Positions 48,992 through 61,033 are shown, counted from the first letter of the stretch. The stretch is 64,000 nucleotides of DNA from Nitrospira sp. (GCA_047150005.1 AP038806.1:928001-992000), one strand, 5' to 3'. The notes: generated from the sequence alone by a model not told the origin. Program-made: numbers and translations.

Positions 48992-50506
48992 CTATGCATC
49001 GTACTTCCCGGATGGTCGTCCAGGGGATTTCTTGACCGGACTCCCGATCATCTCCGGCGTTCCGCTCGCCTTGGATGAGACCTCGCGGGCCGCACTCGAC
49101 CGGCCGTAGATCAGATGCGCCTTGGAGCCGAGGGCCATGCCGACTCCGGCCATCAGCAGCCCCAGGAGTTGGGGCGGCCAGATCGACCGCTCGGGACTGA
49201 GCGCTTCCCCCGCGATCCAGGTCAAGAGGCCCAAACCAATCGCGCACAAAGCGCCCGTCGCCGTGGCGCCGCGCCAGTAGAGGCCTGCCGCCAGCGGAAC
49301 GAACGCCGCCACCAGCGTGACTTTGTAGGTATTGACCACCAGCTGATAGATGCTGGCGTCCGAGTTGAAGGCGATCGCCAGCACCACGGCGGCAAATCCC
49401 ACCAGCACAATCCGCATCATCCTGAGAAAGCCCCGTTCATCCAACGCCGGCATCAGCCCCTTGATGACGTTTTCACTGAGGGCCACCGAAGGAGCCAACA
49501 GCGTCGCGCTCGAACAGCTCATCACGGCGGACAGCACGGCGCCGAAGAACAGAATCTGCGCCAAGGGCGGCGTATGTTCGACGATCAGCGTCGGCAACAC
49601 CAACTGAGAATCCTGCCGGAGCAGCGTCCCGAACTTGTCCGGATCCACGAGCAGCGCCGCATAGGCCAAGAACATCGGAACGAAACAGAATGAGAAATAG
49701 AGCGCCGCGCCGGCCAGCGACCCTCGAACTGCCGTCCGCTCGTCCTTGGCTGACGTGATCCGCTGGAACACGTCCTGCTGCGGGATGGAGCCCAACATCA
49801 TTGTCACCCCGGCGCCGATGAACGGGATCCAGGCGTCGAGCGACGCCTGAGGGAAGAACTCCAGCTTGCCGGCCTGCGCCGCGTGGCTGATGACGGTTCC
49901 TACTCCACCGGCCAGGCCGCTCACGACCGAGACGATATACAGCAGTCCTCCGATGATCACCGAGAGCTGCACGAAATCGAGAATCGCCACGGAGAACATG
50001 CCGCCGAAGGTGGTATAGGTCAGCACGATCATCGCGCCGATGACCATCCCCGCCTGTTGGCTCACCCCGCCTTCGGTGACCACGTTCAGGACGAGCCCCA
50101 GCACCTTGAACTGCGCAGCCACCCATCCGATATACGATGCCACGATGCAGAGCGTGCAGAGGACTTCCACGCGGCGGTCGTAGCGCAATCGGTAATAGTC
50201 CCCGACGGTGAGCAAATTCAGGCGGTAGAAGCGCGGGGCAAAAAACAGCCCGGCAAGCACCAGGCACAGGGTCGAGCCGAACGGATCGGCCACCACGCCG
50301 CGCAGTCCTTCTTTGACGAAGGTGGCGGACATGCCCATGAGTGCCTCGGCGCCGAACCACGTGGCAAAGACGGTCGCCGCCACGATCGGAAGAGGCAGAG
50401 AACGTCCGGCGACCGCGAAGTCCTTGGCGTCGTGCACGCGCCTGGCAGCATGGAGCCCGACCCCGACTGAGACCGCCAGATAGAGAATAACGAAGGTAAG
50501 AATCAT
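48992..50506 (-). CDS. Sodium:solute symporter
   Basis: [30 protein letters not shown]. Confidence 0.9.
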   Translation of the reverse strand: MILTFVILYLAVSVGVGLHAARRVHDAKDFAVAGRSLPLPIVAATVFATWFGAEALMGMSATFVKEGLRGVVADPFGSTLCLVLAGLFFAPRFYRLNLLTVGDYYRLRYDRRVEVLCTLCIVASYIGWVAAQFKVLGLVLNVVTEGGVSQQAGMVIGAMIVLTYTTFGGMFSVAILDFVQLSVIIGGLLYIVSVVSGLAGGVGTVISHAAQAGKLEFFPQASLDAWIPFIGAGVTMMLGSIPQQDVFQRITSAKDERTAVRGSLAGAALYFSFCFVPMFLAYAALLVDPDKFGTLLRQDSQLVLPTLIVEHTPPLAQILFFGAVLSAVMSCSSATLLAPSVALSENVIKGLMPALDERGFLRMMRIVLVGFAAVVLAIAFNSDASIYQLVVNTYKVTLVAAFVPLAAGLYWRGATATGALCAIGLGLLTWIAGEALSPERSIWPPQLLGLLMAGVGMALGSKAHLIYGRSSAAREVSSKASGTPEMIGSPVKKSPGRPSGKYDA

Positions 50507-50704
50507 GCAGGCTTGCCTGCGCACCAGGCTGGAGGCGCAGTGTACCGTTGCGTCGGGCGCGGCGCAACTGTTCCCGCAGATCGTCGCCGGAGCGGCAAGA
50601 CGGCCCTTGGCCTCGTGCCGCCATCGGAGAAAAGTATTGAGCTTGCTTCTCGGGTAGCATATGGTGTGACGGTTTTGCCTCACTCTTACAAGAAAGGATC
50701 TCTC

Positions 50705-51379
50705 ATGCGCCCAGTGACGATCGTGATTGTGCTGCTGAGCCTGATGCTGTCGGCCATGCCCGCCGGCGCCGCGGATCCCTCCACCGACGATCAGAAAACC
50801 TTCTATGCCTTGGGACTATTGATCAGCCAGTCGCTGACCCCGTTCGCGCTCACGGAATCCGAACTCGACTTCGTGCGAGCCGGCATGACCGACGGTGTCC
50901 TCAAGAAGACCTCGAAGGTCGATTTGCAAGCGTTCGGGCCCAAAGTGAACCAGCTGCAGCAGACCCGCGCCGCTGCCCTGGCCGACACCGAAAAGAAGGC
51001 CGGCGCGGCCTTCCTGGCGAAAGCCGCGGCCGAATCCGGAGCCAAGAAGACCGACTCCGGCGCCATCGTGACGACCATCAAGGAAGGCAAGGGCGCGACG
51101 CCGACGGCCACCGACACGGTCAAAGTGCACTACCACGGTACGCTCATCGACGGGACCGTCTTCGACAGCTCCGTCAAGCGCGGCGAACCGGCGACGTTTC
51201 CTCTGAATCAGGTGATCAAGTGCTGGACGGAAGGCGTGCAACTGATCAAGGTGGGCGGCAAGAGCAAACTGGTCTGCCCTTCGGCGATCGCCTACGGCGA
51301 TCGCGGCTCACCCCCGACGATCAAGCCGGGCGCCACGCTGGTCTTCGAAGTGGAGTTGCTCGAGATCGTCAAGAAGTAG
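50705..51379 (+). CDS. FKBP-type peptidyl-prolyl isomerase (FkpA/Mip-like)
   Basis: [34 protein letters not shown]. Confidence 0.93.
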   Translation: MRPVTIVIVLLSLMLSAMPAGAADPSTDDQKTFYALGLLISQSLTPFALTESELDFVRAGMTDGVLKKTSKVDLQAFGPKVNQLQQTRAAALADTEKKAGAAFLAKAAAESGAKKTDSGAIVTTIKEGKGATPTATDTVKVHYHGTLIDGTVFDSSVKRGEPATFPLNQVIKCWTEGVQLIKVGGKSKLVCPSAIAYGDRGSPPTIKPGATLVFEVELLEIVKK

Positions 51380-53024
51380 GGGGGACCGGCTGCGCCGGCG
51401 CTTTCGCCGGCGCGTCGAACCATCGATCTTTCGGCACGACCTTGGGGGAATCCGGATCGCCCTCGTAGGCGGGCGTCATGATCTGCACGCCATGCTCATT
51501 GAAGAGATCGAGAATGTTCCGGTGCAACGCCGTATAGAGCTCGGGCATCGCTTGCGGGTTGTCGCAGTAGACGTTGAGTTCATAAGTCACGGCGAAATCG
51601 CCCAGCGCCTGCTGAAGCACAAAGGGCGGCGGCTCTTTGAGCAGACCGGCCGTACGCTCCGCCGCGATCCTGAGCATCGCTTCCACCTGCCTCCAGGCCA
51701 CTTCGTAGCCGATCCCCACTGTGGTGTGTAGAATCAGCCCCCGCGATTTCGCCAGGGTGTTGTAGTTGATGACGTGACTGTTCAGGATCAAGGAGTTCGG
51801 CACGATGACCTCTTCGTTTTTGATCGTCCGGAGATGCGTCACCATCAACCGCATCTCCACAACCTCTCCCTCGATATCCTCGACCTTGATCCTATCCCCC
51901 AACCGGTACGCCCGCCTGTAGGTCATCGTATAGCCGGCGATCATGTTGGAGATGAAGGAGGACGAGCCGATCGAGACGATCACTCCCAGGAAAATCGAGA
52001 TCCCTTTGAAGGCTTCCGATTGTGATCCGGGGATGTAGGGATAGGCCACCACCAGCCCGAAGGCGACGATCAGCATCCTGGCGATCCGATAAGTGGGCAT
52101 CGCCCACTCACGCTCGAACCCCGTCAGCGTCATGGTGCCGTGGTCAATGCCGGTGAAGAACAGCCGCACCGCCTTGAGCCCGTAGCGGAACACGGTGACC
52201 AGGATCACGAGAAAGATCAGATTCGGCAGCGTGTCGAGGAATGCCGCCCCCATGGTGCGCAGCGGGTCCAGCAACACCGCAAAGAGCCGCCTGGCCAGAG
52301 GCCTCGTCCAGGGATATAACCCGAGGACGAGATTCAAATACATATAGCCGACGACGACCAATGCTCCGATGCGGAGCCCATCGACCACCTTGTGCAAGAG
52401 CGTGCGCACGCGCTTGGCCTGAACGAGCTGGAACGACTGGGCTGCCAGCCCTTCAATCCGAGCCCGGAAACGGCGCTCTGCCGCCGCGTCGAACCATCGG
52501 AACCCCCGGCGGAGGACCAGCACGACGCCGATGAGGATGATCGTCGCCACCCCGGCGTACGCGGTGTCGATCAGCAGAACCCGAGAGCTCCGTTCATGTC
52601 GGTAGGAGACGACGGCTTCGGCGACTCTTGCGCGAATGCTCTCCGCGAGAATCTGCCGGGAGACGCCTTCGAGTTTCGCATCGCCGTCAAACACGCTCAC
52701 CACGAAGCGGTCTCCGGCGAGAATGGTCGAACGGTCTTCCGCCTCTTCGACGTGAATCGCGTGGGGTTGAATCACGGGATCCGCCGCGATCGCATGCATG
52801 CGGGCCGTGATGTTCTGGGCGCGGCGATCGGCCGGGTACGCGGTCACCCCATGGACGCGGAAGAGGACCTCCCCGTCCATCGAGACCGTCGCCACCGTCT
52901 GCGTCGGCATGGCATCGAGATCAAATGCGGCAGGAGGAGGGGAAGCGTTGGATGCGGCAGGCGTCGCCGTGCTCGGACAGGCGAGAAGGGCGACACAGGC
53001 GAGAACCGAGGCTCTCAGAGTCAT
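51369..53024 (-). CDS. MscS family mechanosensitive channel
   Basis: SNMIAG..GDRIKV..GEV..VIVPNS. Confidence 0.9.
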   Translation of the reverse strand: MTLRASVLACVALLACPSTATPAASNASPPPAAFDLDAMPTQTVATVSMDGEVLFRVHGVTAYPADRRAQNITARMHAIAADPVIQPHAIHVEEAEDRSTILAGDRFVVSVFDGDAKLEGVSRQILAESIRARVAEAVVSYRHERSSRVLLIDTAYAGVATIILIGVVLVLRRGFRWFDAAAERRFRARIEGLAAQSFQLVQAKRVRTLLHKVVDGLRIGALVVVGYMYLNLVLGLYPWTRPLARRLFAVLLDPLRTMGAAFLDTLPNLIFLVILVTVFRYGLKAVRLFFTGIDHGTMTLTGFEREWAMPTYRIARMLIVAFGLVVAYPYIPGSQSEAFKGISIFLGVIVSIGSSSFISNMIAGYTMTYRRAYRLGDRIKVEDIEGEVVEMRLMVTHLRTIKNEEVIVPNSLILNSHVINYNTLAKSRGLILHTTVGIGYEVAWRQVEAMLRIAAERTAGLLKEPPPFVLQQALGDFAVTYELNVYCDNPQAMPELYTALHRNILDLFNEHGVQIMTPAYEGDPDSPKVVPKDRWFDAPAKAPAQPVPPTS

Positions 53025-53039
53025 GATCGATCGACTCCC

Positions 53040-53537
53040 CTAGTTCTGAGGCGCCGACCCGAGAGGCATGTCGACCTCGCCTTTCTCGTCAAACGGCAAT
53101 TTGAAGCTGCTCGGAGAGTCGACGAAGGCGGTCCCCTTGAGTCGGTAGACGAGCTTGTTCTCGGCCGAACCTCCAGAACTCCCGAGGTTCTGGACCTGGC
53201 GCAAGAAGCTTCCCAGGCTGGTGATGACTTCGACGTTGATGACTTCCGACCCGAACCGCGGCACCTTGACCCGCTCACCCGACATGCCGTTGCCGAACTC
53301 CTTGCCGTTGAGTTCGATCTCGCACCGCAGTCCGTTGATGCCCAACTCTTTGTCGTTGGGGTTCTGAATCCGCAGCTGGACATCGAACCGCTGCTCAAAC
53401 AGGGCGAGGTCCTTGGGCGCGATGTTGGCGATGCTGATTTTTGGCGGCTCAATGTCGCGCGGCACGGTCGCGCAGCCCGATGCCAGGAGCGACGTGAGCA
53501 ACCAGCACATGAGCCATCCGGTCCGCATTCGTGCCAT
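53040..53537 (-). CDS. LEA type 2/WHy domain lipoprotein
   Basis: Lipobox ASGC, EQRFDVQLRIQNPN. Confidence 0.8.
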   Translation of the reverse strand: MARMRTGWLMCWLLTSLLASGCATVPRDIEPPKISIANIAPKDLALFEQRFDVQLRIQNPNDKELGINGLRCEIELNGKEFGNGMSGERVKVPRFGSEVINVEVITSLGSFLRQVQNLGSSGGSAENKLVYRLKGTAFVDSPSSFKLPFDEKGEVDMPLGSAPQN

Positions 53538-53593
53538 GATGGAGATCCCTTTTGTTTCGCCCCTCCGAGAGGAGCGGGGCGGTGCCTCCCGCG

Positions 53594-54025
53594 TCACTTC
53601 ATCAGAGTGGTCAACAGGCCCTGGGCCTGTTCTCCGCCCGCCGCGCCGACGTAGTCGGACAAGACCTTGGAAAACTTCCCAACCTTCTCCCAACTCATGC
53701 CGAGCTTGTGGTAGGCGGCCTGCAGTCCGGCCTGATCATTGATCGGACCGGTGACGGCCCCGAGGTCTTTGGCTGCTTTCATGTAGGTCTCCGTTCCGGG
53801 GATATACTTGGTCAACGTCTCGAAGTCCGGAGCTTTGAGCTTTTCCTTCGCCAGCGTCAGGGTGGATCCCAGCCCTCCCTTGGCCTGATTGGGCGTCACG
53901 TCCAATTGGCTGGTGAGGATCTTCACCAATGGATCCGTTAATCCTTTCGTCTCCATGCCGGAGCAGCCCGCCCCTGCGAGAAATGCACAGACCAAGAAAC
54001 CCGTCAGAACGATGGAACGATGCAT
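53594..54025 (-). CDS. DUF2780-like lipoprotein
   Basis: QLDVTPNQAKGGLGS..KLGM..F. Confidence 0.7.
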   Translation of the reverse strand: MHRSIVLTGFLVCAFLAGAGCSGMETKGLTDPLVKILTSQLDVTPNQAKGGLGSTLTLAKEKLKAPDFETLTKYIPGTETYMKAAKDLGAVTGPINDQAGLQAAYHKLGMSWEKVGKFSKVLSDYVGAAGGEQAQGLLTTLMK

Positions 54026-54272
54026 ACGATGCCTCCTTTCACATTCGCCGGCTGCATCCTTCGATGCCGGCACGACGATGACACGACCATGGAACTCCGC
54101 AGCGATTTTCGACTCCTGTCGCTCCGCCCGTCGCGAGGACCTATGCCGTCACCTTTGTCCAGGACCAGACCAGCCTGGTCCGCCGAACCGGGCTGATAGT
54201 CCAGCCACGTTATACAGCGAGCTATCCCAACGGCCTACTGTCAAATTTGACAGGGGTCTCGAGCAGAAAGAG

Positions 54273-54662
54273 TCAGCAGGGAATATCGACGGCGGGATCG
54301 CAGAGCAACGGAGGAATCGTCTGTGGGCGCGTGAGCGATGCGGGGGGCGTGAGACTCCCGCCCGGCGTGCCGTTGAGGGGAGGACCGCCGGGAAACCCGG
54401 GCAAGCCGCGGCCGACCGTACCGAACGACTTCCCGATGCTGGAACTCACCTCGGTGTTGATTCCCGGCGCAACCTGGGACGGCGTGATACCTCCGGCAGG
54501 ACCGGCTGTCCCCGCCGCGGACAGGGCCGTCGACTGCTGGGACAGCGGGACGACGCTCTGCGTGCCGTTCAAAGACGGGGAAGTGGTCTGTGCCGTGCCG
54601 AGCGACGGCAAGCCGAGCAGCAGAGCGATCAGCACGAGCAGCCGGTTGATCAAAACCTGCAT
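54273..54662 (-). CDS. Exported low-complexity hypothetical protein
   Basis: Signal peptide; Pro/Gly/Ser-rich. Confidence 0.5.
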   Translation of the reverse strand: MQVLINRLLVLIALLLGLPSLGTAQTTSPSLNGTQSVVPLSQQSTALSAAGTAGPAGGITPSQVAPGINTEVSSSIGKSFGTVGRGLPGFPGGPPLNGTPGGSLTPPASLTRPQTIPPLLCDPAVDIPC

Positions 54663-54666
54663 GCGG

Positions 54667-55314
54667 TCACCGGACCCAGGGCGGTGCGGTTGTCGGTGGA
54701 GGCGTCATCCGCTCGAGCGTGCCCGGCGCCCGTTTCGGCGGTTCTGCCGGGAGCGGCAAGCTTTCCGAACCTCTATCGCGCTTGAGACGGACGACGAGAG
54801 CGCCCATGACATCCCAGCGCTGGAAATTCCTGCGCGACGAACGAGGATGCCGATTGTGGCAATCGACGCAGGACTGGACCAAGGCCAAGTCGGCCGAGAG
54901 GGCTTTGAACTGATCGCCGTCCATAAAACCGACGAATCGCCGTTCCCGGTTCTTTTCCAACTGAATCAGCGCATCCGCCTCCGCGGCCGTCTTGGGTCGG
55001 TTGGCGGGATTCAGCGGCGCCAGGCCGATGAGCCCGATCTCGAACCCGTCTACTTGATCCGCCGCCCCTTTCACGAATTGGGCCGGAAGAGGCAGGAGAT
55101 GGGCGTTCTTCTCCCAGTCCTCCTGCGGCGTGAGGCCGCTCCCCTTGGTATGTTCGACGACTTGGAGCACGTAGGCGGTGCGGAAGGCCTTGACGACCTC
55201 CAGAATGTAGCGGGCGGTGGTTTCAAACGACGGCTCCGCAGCGCTCACGGTCCAACCAAGCACCGTCAGCAGCCCGGCCAGACTGACCCCTGCACCCCAA
55301 TGCAGCTGTCGCAT
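54667..55314 (-). CDS. DUF3365/Tll0287-like c-type heme protein (paralogue)
   Basis: LPLPAQF, CVDCH, DVMGA. Confidence 0.8.
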   Translation of the reverse strand: MRQLHWGAGVSLAGLLTVLGWTVSAAEPSFETTARYILEVVKAFRTAYVLQVVEHTKGSGLTPQEDWEKNAHLLPLPAQFVKGAADQVDGFEIGLIGLAPLNPANRPKTAAEADALIQLEKNRERRFVGFMDGDQFKALSADLALVQSCVDCHNRHPRSSRRNFQRWDVMGALVVRLKRDRGSESLPLPAEPPKRAPGTLERMTPPPTTAPPWVR

Positions 55315-55486
55315 GACAGGAATCCCCGAGATCGACGAATCCCGATGTCGGCAGGTTTGAACCCAGCGGGCAGCCTACCCGATCCAATTATGACCCGTCA
55401 ATCCACAAGCGCTGAGAAACGTCAGTGCGAGAGCCTCGTCACGCGTTTCGCTCCGGCCGTCCGCCCGCGGACCACAGGCCGTCGCC

Positions 55487-57103
55487 CTAGGCTCCTCTTC
55501 GATTCGTCCGTCGCTCACCGACCCCCAGATGGACGGCGGCAATGTCGAGTTCCTGCTCTAACCGGTGAAGGACATCGTCGCTGATCGTCCCGTCGTTTCG
55601 CAGAGCGATCAGAGCCATTCGCTCAGCCGTCAGGACTTCATGGTGAAGGCGCTGGAACGATTCGATCGAATCACCTTCAATCTGCAGTCGTGACACGCCC
55701 AATCGGGAATATCCCACCAACCGCCGGCTGTATTGATGACGCAATCGTTCAACCTGGTCTTCCGGGATTCCCTCCTCCCCGATCAGTTGGTCGAGTCGAG
55801 TCAGCGCCGCGGTGGCCGCATGCTCCCGCGCCAGACTCTCTTCGTGCTCCAACCCATGGTCGTCCTCGAGTCTCAGCAGCCGGATGAGCGGGGGGAGGGA
55901 CAGACCTTGGACCACCAGCGTCGCAAGAATCACCATGAAACTGATCAGAATAATTTCCGCTCGAAATGGAAACGGTGCGCCCGCGGCCGTCGTCACCGGT
56001 AACGCCAAGGCGGCGGCAAGCGTCACGATCCCTCTCATACCGGTCCAGGAAATCAGAAAGATGCTCGACCAGGGGGGCATCGGGTCCCGCGCGCGCAACG
56101 CGGGGCTCAACCATCGAGGAACGAGGGCTCCCAAGGGAACCCACAGAATTCGCACGACGATCGCGGTGAGACCGATCAACGCTCCGGCCAGCACGATGGG
56201 CCCCAACCGCCCCGCGGGCAACGCTTCCCGCAAGGCGCCGAGTTCCAATCCGATCAGGATAAAGATGACCCCATTCAGAAGAAAGACCAACAGATTCCAG
56301 ACAGCCTTTGCCTGAATCCGAGTCGAAGGCGCGACGGCACTACTGAACTGCTGCCGCATGTAGACGCCTCCCGCGACGCAGGCCAGCACCGCCGAGGCAT
56401 CGACCGATTCACCCAAGACCCAGGCGATGTAGGGGGACAGCAACGTAATGGCAATGTGCGTAAAGGCGTCTTCGGTGGCGCAGAGCGACCAGCGCGCTAG
56501 CCATGCGACGCCGATCCCGATGGCCACGCCGGCGATCGCCGCGAAGAAGAATTCCAGAACTGCGTGCCCCATGAGAAACGACCCGCTGACCGCCGCGCTG
56601 ACGGCGGCCCGATACAACACCAGGGCCGTGGCGTCGTTCACGAGACTTTCCCCCTCCAGAATCGTGACGACTCGACGGGGAATGCGCAGCCTCCTGCTGA
56701 TGGCCGTGGCGGAGACCGCGTCCGGCGGAGACACGATGGCGCCCAACGCGATCGCTTCGGCCCATCCCATGCCGGGCAGCAAGGCACGGGCCACTGCCGC
56801 GATGGATGCGGTCGTCACCAACACCAACCCAACGGCCAGCAACAAGATCGGACGCAGGTTGAGGCGAAAATCCCGCAACGACGTAAAGTAGGCGGCGGCC
56901 CACAGGATCGGCGGCAGGAACACGAGGAAGACGAGATCGGGATTGAGCGATACCCTAGGAAGGCCGGGAATCACACCCAGTGCGAGACCGCCGATCACAA
57001 GCAGAATCGGATACGGAATCCGGATCTTTTCGGCGATCGTCGTGAGGGCGAGGACCGCGGCGAGCAGCAAGATGATGACTTCGAGTTGATGGAGATTCTG
57101 CAT
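55487..57103 (-). CDS. CPA1 family Na+/H+ antiporter
   Basis: FLPPIL, SPPDAV, EGESLVNDA, GMRGIVTLAAAL. Confidence 0.92.
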   Translation of the reverse strand: MQNLHQLEVIILLLAAVLALTTIAEKIRIPYPILLVIGGLALGVIPGLPRVSLNPDLVFLVFLPPILWAAAYFTSLRDFRLNLRPILLLAVGLVLVTTASIAAVARALLPGMGWAEAIALGAIVSPPDAVSATAISRRLRIPRRVVTILEGESLVNDATALVLYRAAVSAAVSGSFLMGHAVLEFFFAAIAGVAIGIGVAWLARWSLCATEDAFTHIAITLLSPYIAWVLGESVDASAVLACVAGGVYMRQQFSSAVAPSTRIQAKAVWNLLVFLLNGVIFILIGLELGALREALPAGRLGPIVLAGALIGLTAIVVRILWVPLGALVPRWLSPALRARDPMPPWSSIFLISWTGMRGIVTLAAALALPVTTAAGAPFPFRAEIILISFMVILATLVVQGLSLPPLIRLLRLEDDHGLEHEESLAREHAATAALTRLDQLIGEEGIPEDQVERLRHQYSRRLVGYSRLGVSRLQIEGDSIESFQRLHHEVLTAERMALIALRNDGTISDDVLHRLEQELDIAAVHLGVGERRTNRRGA

Positions 57104-57341
57104 GCACGACCTCGAAGGCAGGGCCGATGATGTTCTCCGTCCTGCGACGAAGCACCCGGCGCCCAAACCGGCCTGTGACGCCGCCGCTGCGCAACCCGTC
57201 CGTCAGCCGGGGCGGCGGGTACGGTCGGCCGGAGGACCGGGCTGAGCTGCTATAGCAAGGAGGACGGGAGGAAGCAAGGTCGAGAGGAACGGAGCGATCC
57301 ACCCCGCCGGACGGATCGTCCCTGACCGGCCTGTGTCTGAG

Positions 57342-57845
57342 CTAGAGATGGAACGAGGCGCGGATCTGGCGAACGAGCTGCTCCGGGGTGTCGGCTGCAT
57401 CGAGGAGGAGGGCATCCTGCGGCTCTTCGAGAGTCTGCAGCTGACTTTCGAGCAATGGGACCTTCATAAAGTGATCAGCACGGTGGAGCAGACGCTCTTG
57501 GAGCATCAGAGGCGAGGCCTTCAGATACACCAGATGGACCAGCCGCCGACGGCCGTCCAGCACAAAATTTCGATAGGCAGCTTTCAGCAAGGAGCAGGCC
57601 AGAACAACCTGTTTTCTCTCCGCCGTCCAACCGTCGATCGCGCTCCGTATCCGCTCAAGCCAAGGATACCGATCGGAGTCGGTCAGCGGTTGACCGGTTG
57701 ACATCTTTTCAATGTTGAATTGGGAATGAAAGGAATCGCCGTCGATGAAGGTCCAATTCAGCTGCTGCGCGAGCTTCAGGCCGACGGTGGTCTTGCCGGC
57801 CCCTGCAACACCCATCACGATGATGACGCGCCCCTCTGCCGGCAT
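57342..57845 (-). CDS. gntK: Gluconokinase
   Basis: MGVAGAGKTT, DGDSFH, PLTDSDRYPWL, HFM..LLESQ. Confidence 0.9.
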   Translation of the reverse strand: MPAEGRVIIVMGVAGAGKTTVGLKLAQQLNWTFIDGDSFHSQFNIEKMSTGQPLTDSDRYPWLERIRSAIDGWTAERKQVVLACSLLKAAYRNFVLDGRRRLVHLVYLKASPLMLQERLLHRADHFMKVPLLESQLQTLEEPQDALLLDAADTPEQLVRQIRASFHL

Positions 57846-58056
57846 GATCCGATGATACGTTGGTCGCCCCGCCTATTCATCCGTTCGCGGAGGTCGTGCT
57901 GCTCGAACCGCCGAGCCCCCTGGATCACCCTGCATACCCAAGTACGCAACCCCGAGATTCGGGCTGACGATTTCCGCGACTATGGCCTCGACGACCTCGA
58001 ACAAACCGCGTTGCGCCAGCATGCCGCTGAGAGGCCGTCCACTTCCATATGGCGCA

Positions 58057-58638
58057 TCACCGCCGACGTGCGCGCCGTCGGGACGCAAGAAAACACCGTG
58101 CGGTGTGGTCATTGACCATACCGACCGCCTGCATGTATGCGTAGATAATCGTGCTGCCGACGAAGCGGAACCCCCGTCGTTTGAGATCCTTGGACAGTGC
58201 ATCGCTTTCCGTCGTCGATGTCGGGATCTTGCGGAGCGAGGTTCGCCGGCCTTGCTCTGGGACGCTCCCGACGAAGCGCCAGACGTAGGCGTCGAACGAC
58301 CCGAACTCCCGCTGGACCGCCAAGAATGCCCGTGCGTTCGTAACGGCGGAGTCGATTTTCAGACGATTGCGGATGATGCGGACATCTTTGAGAAGCGCCG
58401 CCCGCTTTCGAGCATCGAACCGCGCCACTTTGGCAGGATTGAACCGAGCAAATGCCCGCCGATAGCCCTCACGGCGGAGCAGGATGGTTTCCCAGGACAG
58501 ACCGGCTTGCGCCCCCTCCAGTTGCAACATCTCGAAGTGCGTTTGGTCATCGTGAACCGGCCTGCCCCACTCGTCATCGTGATAACGGATCAGGTGTGGT
58601 TTCTCGCCGACCCATTCGCAGCGGACTCGGGGCGCCAT
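58057..58638 (-). CDS. tag: DNA-3-methyladenine glycosylase I
   Basis: YHDDEWG, EGAQAGLSW, IIRNRLKI, VNDH..C. Confidence 0.93.
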   Translation of the reverse strand: MAPRVRCEWVGEKPHLIRYHDDEWGRPVHDDQTHFEMLQLEGAQAGLSWETILLRREGYRRAFARFNPAKVARFDARKRAALLKDVRIIRNRLKIDSAVTNARAFLAVQREFGSFDAYVWRFVGSVPEQGRRTSLRKIPTSTTESDALSKDLKRRGFRFVGSTIIYAYMQAVGMVNDHTARCFLASRRRARRR

Positions 58639-58645
58639 CGACGGC

Positions 58646-59104
58646 TTAATCGATGATCTCAACCTTTTTCCCCGTCGACTTCGCGCGCCCAAGACAGTCC
58701 GTGTCCGCTACGGAGCAGCGAAGCGTATCCAGCTCCGATTCATCCACGATTTCGACTTTCTTCCCCTGCGCCTTCGCCTGTTTGAGACAGCTCGTATCCG
58801 TCGCCACGCACTTGACGGAATCAGCCGGAGGGGCCGTGACCACGTTCACTTGCTTCCCCTGCTCCTTGGCCCGTTTCAGGCACTCCTGATCCGTCGCCAC
58901 GCACTGAGCCGTCTCTTCCGTCTTGTTGAGCCCCTTATCGATCGTTTGGTCGATGCGCTGGTTCACGCGGTCCCGTGTCTTGCGTTCAGCGCTGCCCTTC
59001 GCCTTGTCGAAGAGTCCTTCGATGATGCCCTCTGCCTGCACGGCCGATGCCCCGTACAACAGACCGCACAACATGAACATTCCCAGTCGACGGCTTACCA
59101 TCAT
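58646..59104 (-). CDS. Exported protein with three Cys-pair repeats
   Basis: Signal peptide; CVATDQECLKRAK, CVATDTSCLKQAK, CSVADTDCLGRAK. Confidence 0.75.
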   Translation of the reverse strand: MMVSRRLGMFMLCGLLYGASAVQAEGIIEGLFDKAKGSAERKTRDRVNQRIDQTIDKGLNKTEETAQCVATDQECLKRAKEQGKQVNVVTAPPADSVKCVATDTSCLKQAKAQGKKVEIVDESELDTLRCSVADTDCLGRAKSTGKKVEIID

Positions 59105-59358
59105 CTTCCCTCCTTCTGCTCCAGCGTGAATGGAGGAATTTCTGCCAGCAGCGCCACTCTACCATATCGTTTTGGCGTAGAAACAGACAGGACCCCGGAT
59201 GTCGCTCCGACAGAACCCACCGGGAGCCGCGCGATGGGACCCGCAGTCCGATTCGCAACAGCCGGTTTGTCCGCCGTCGGGGCTCCGAATTGGAGTGTGC
59301 GTTCTCGCGTTCGGTAAGGGCAGGCAGTGCTAGACCGGCACGGGCACCGGGGGATCAG

Positions 59359-59940
59359 CTAAAATTGAACGTAATGATAGGGACCAAACGTACGTCGGCA
59401 ACCGACCAGAAAATATTCGCCGACCGATGGGACCTGAACGGGCTTGACCCAGCGGACGTCAAAGACCAACAGCGTCTTTCGCCCGAGCCCTTGGGATGTA
59501 TGCACTTCCAGCATCTTGGTCGGCATCGGAGCGCGGTCCATAAGGAGAAGGATTCCCTCCCGACTGTGATCAAGCGCGACGGTTTCTCCCACTTGAGTGG
59601 TCGAAGAGAATTCGCCCGGCGACTCACTGGCCTCATAGGAACAGTGCTTCCACTGCTCTACACGCGGCTCCCGACGACGTTCCCCTTCGTCCTTTGGGGC
59701 CGCACTGACGCGCACCGAGCCGCGCCGTAATCCGGGCTGGCGAACCGCCTGCTCGATGCGCACCCGATGCCGGTCAAAAAAATCACTGATCACGGTGTTG
59801 CTACCGTCTCTCTTTAGACGGGGGATTATGCCGCATTCAAACCGGTCAAGCAACCCTCGCCGACGAGGGGATGAACCGACCGCCTCACCCTCTCGGCGAG
59901 TGTTAGTGGTACCGAACTCTGCGCTCGGCAATTCATCCAT
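59359..59940 (-). CDS. Putative PilZ-like domain protein (true start probably downstream)
   Basis: ERRREPR...DHSREG...VRWVKP (RxxxR and DxSxxG motifs). Confidence 0.6.
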   Translation of the reverse strand: MDELPSAEFGTTNTRREGEAVGSSPRRRGLLDRFECGIIPRLKRDGSNTVISDFFDRHRVRIEQAVRQPGLRRGSVRVSAAPKDEGERRREPRVEQWKHCSYEASESPGEFSSTTQVGETVALDHSREGILLLMDRAPMPTKMLEVHTSQGLGRKTLLVFDVRWVKPVQVPSVGEYFLVGCRRTFGPYHYVQF

Positions 59941-60175
59941 GCGGAGAGGATCCGGTCTTGTTGTCTCGACAAGCGGACTCGCGGGGAGGCATCATTTGTG
60001 GTAGCGTGACCGCAAACCTGCACGCCGTGACAGGGGGACTGACTTGACCAATCGATTGTCGTCCTGCCATGAACCTGATACAGGGGAACGCGCGAATACC
60101 GGAAACGACGACGCGGAACGGCATCGAGCACTGAGGCTGGATAGAGCGCAAGCCCTTGAAACAAGGAGATCCCAC

Positions 60176-61033
60176 ATGACCCAACCGACCGCTCAACAGG
60201 TGATCGACTCACAGCGACAGGACTGGAATCGCGTGGCCTCCGGGTGGGAGAAATGGGACCAGTTCTTCGAGGACCAAATGGCCTATGTGAACCACCGCCT
60301 GATCGGTGATGCCCGCATCAAACAGGGACAGCGAGTGCTGGATCTCGGATCCGGCACCGGTTATCCGGCACTCTTGGCGGCTGAAACGGTGGGGACGGCG
60401 GGAAATGTGACCGGCATGGACGTGGCCGAGCAGATGCTCGAGGCGGCTGGCCGCAAAGCGACGCGGTTGGGTCTTACCAATGTCACGTTCCAGCCGGGCG
60501 ATGTCACACATCTCCCATTCGACGCCGAGCTATTCGATGCCGTCACCAGCCGATTTTGCCTGATGTTTCTTCCGGAGATTCCCAAAGCCGCAGCAGAAAT
60601 CCGGCGGGTCTTGAAGCCCGGCGGATGGGTCGCGGCAGCTGTCTGGTCGACGGCCGACAAAAATCCTTCCATTCGCCTTGCCATGGAGACAATCAAAGAC
60701 GTCGTTTCCGTTCCACCGCCGGATCCATCCGCTCCTGGAATTTTCCGGCTGGCCAAACCCGGCGAGCTGGCCGACATGTTTCAGCGCACCGGATTGGTCG
60801 ATGTGGCGGACCAGGAATTCCTCGGTGAGTGGTCTTATGCCTCGGAAGATCACTATGTCAAAAGCCTGCTGGAGCTTGCCGCGCCGATCCAGAATCTCAT
60901 GGCGTCCCTCTCATCGACGCAGGTGGAGGAGATCACGCGCCGGTTGATCCGAACGGTCGCGGCTTACCGGCGCGGCGATCGGCTGACCTTCCCCATCGCG
61001 GCCCGGATAGTGGCGGGGCGAAAACCGTCATGA
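60176..61033 (+). CDS. Class I SAM-dependent methyltransferase
   Basis: VLDLGSGTG, FDAV, RVLKPGG; AGGAG RBS. Confidence 0.9.
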   Translation: MTQPTAQQVIDSQRQDWNRVASGWEKWDQFFEDQMAYVNHRLIGDARIKQGQRVLDLGSGTGYPALLAAETVGTAGNVTGMDVAEQMLEAAGRKATRLGLTNVTFQPGDVTHLPFDAELFDAVTSRFCLMFLPEIPKAAAEIRRVLKPGGWVAAAVWSTADKNPSIRLAMETIKDVVSVPPPDPSAPGIFRLAKPGELADMFQRTGLVDVADQEFLGEWSYASEDHYVKSLLELAAPIQNLMASLSSTQVEEITRRLIRTVAAYRRGDRLTFPIAARIVAGRKPS

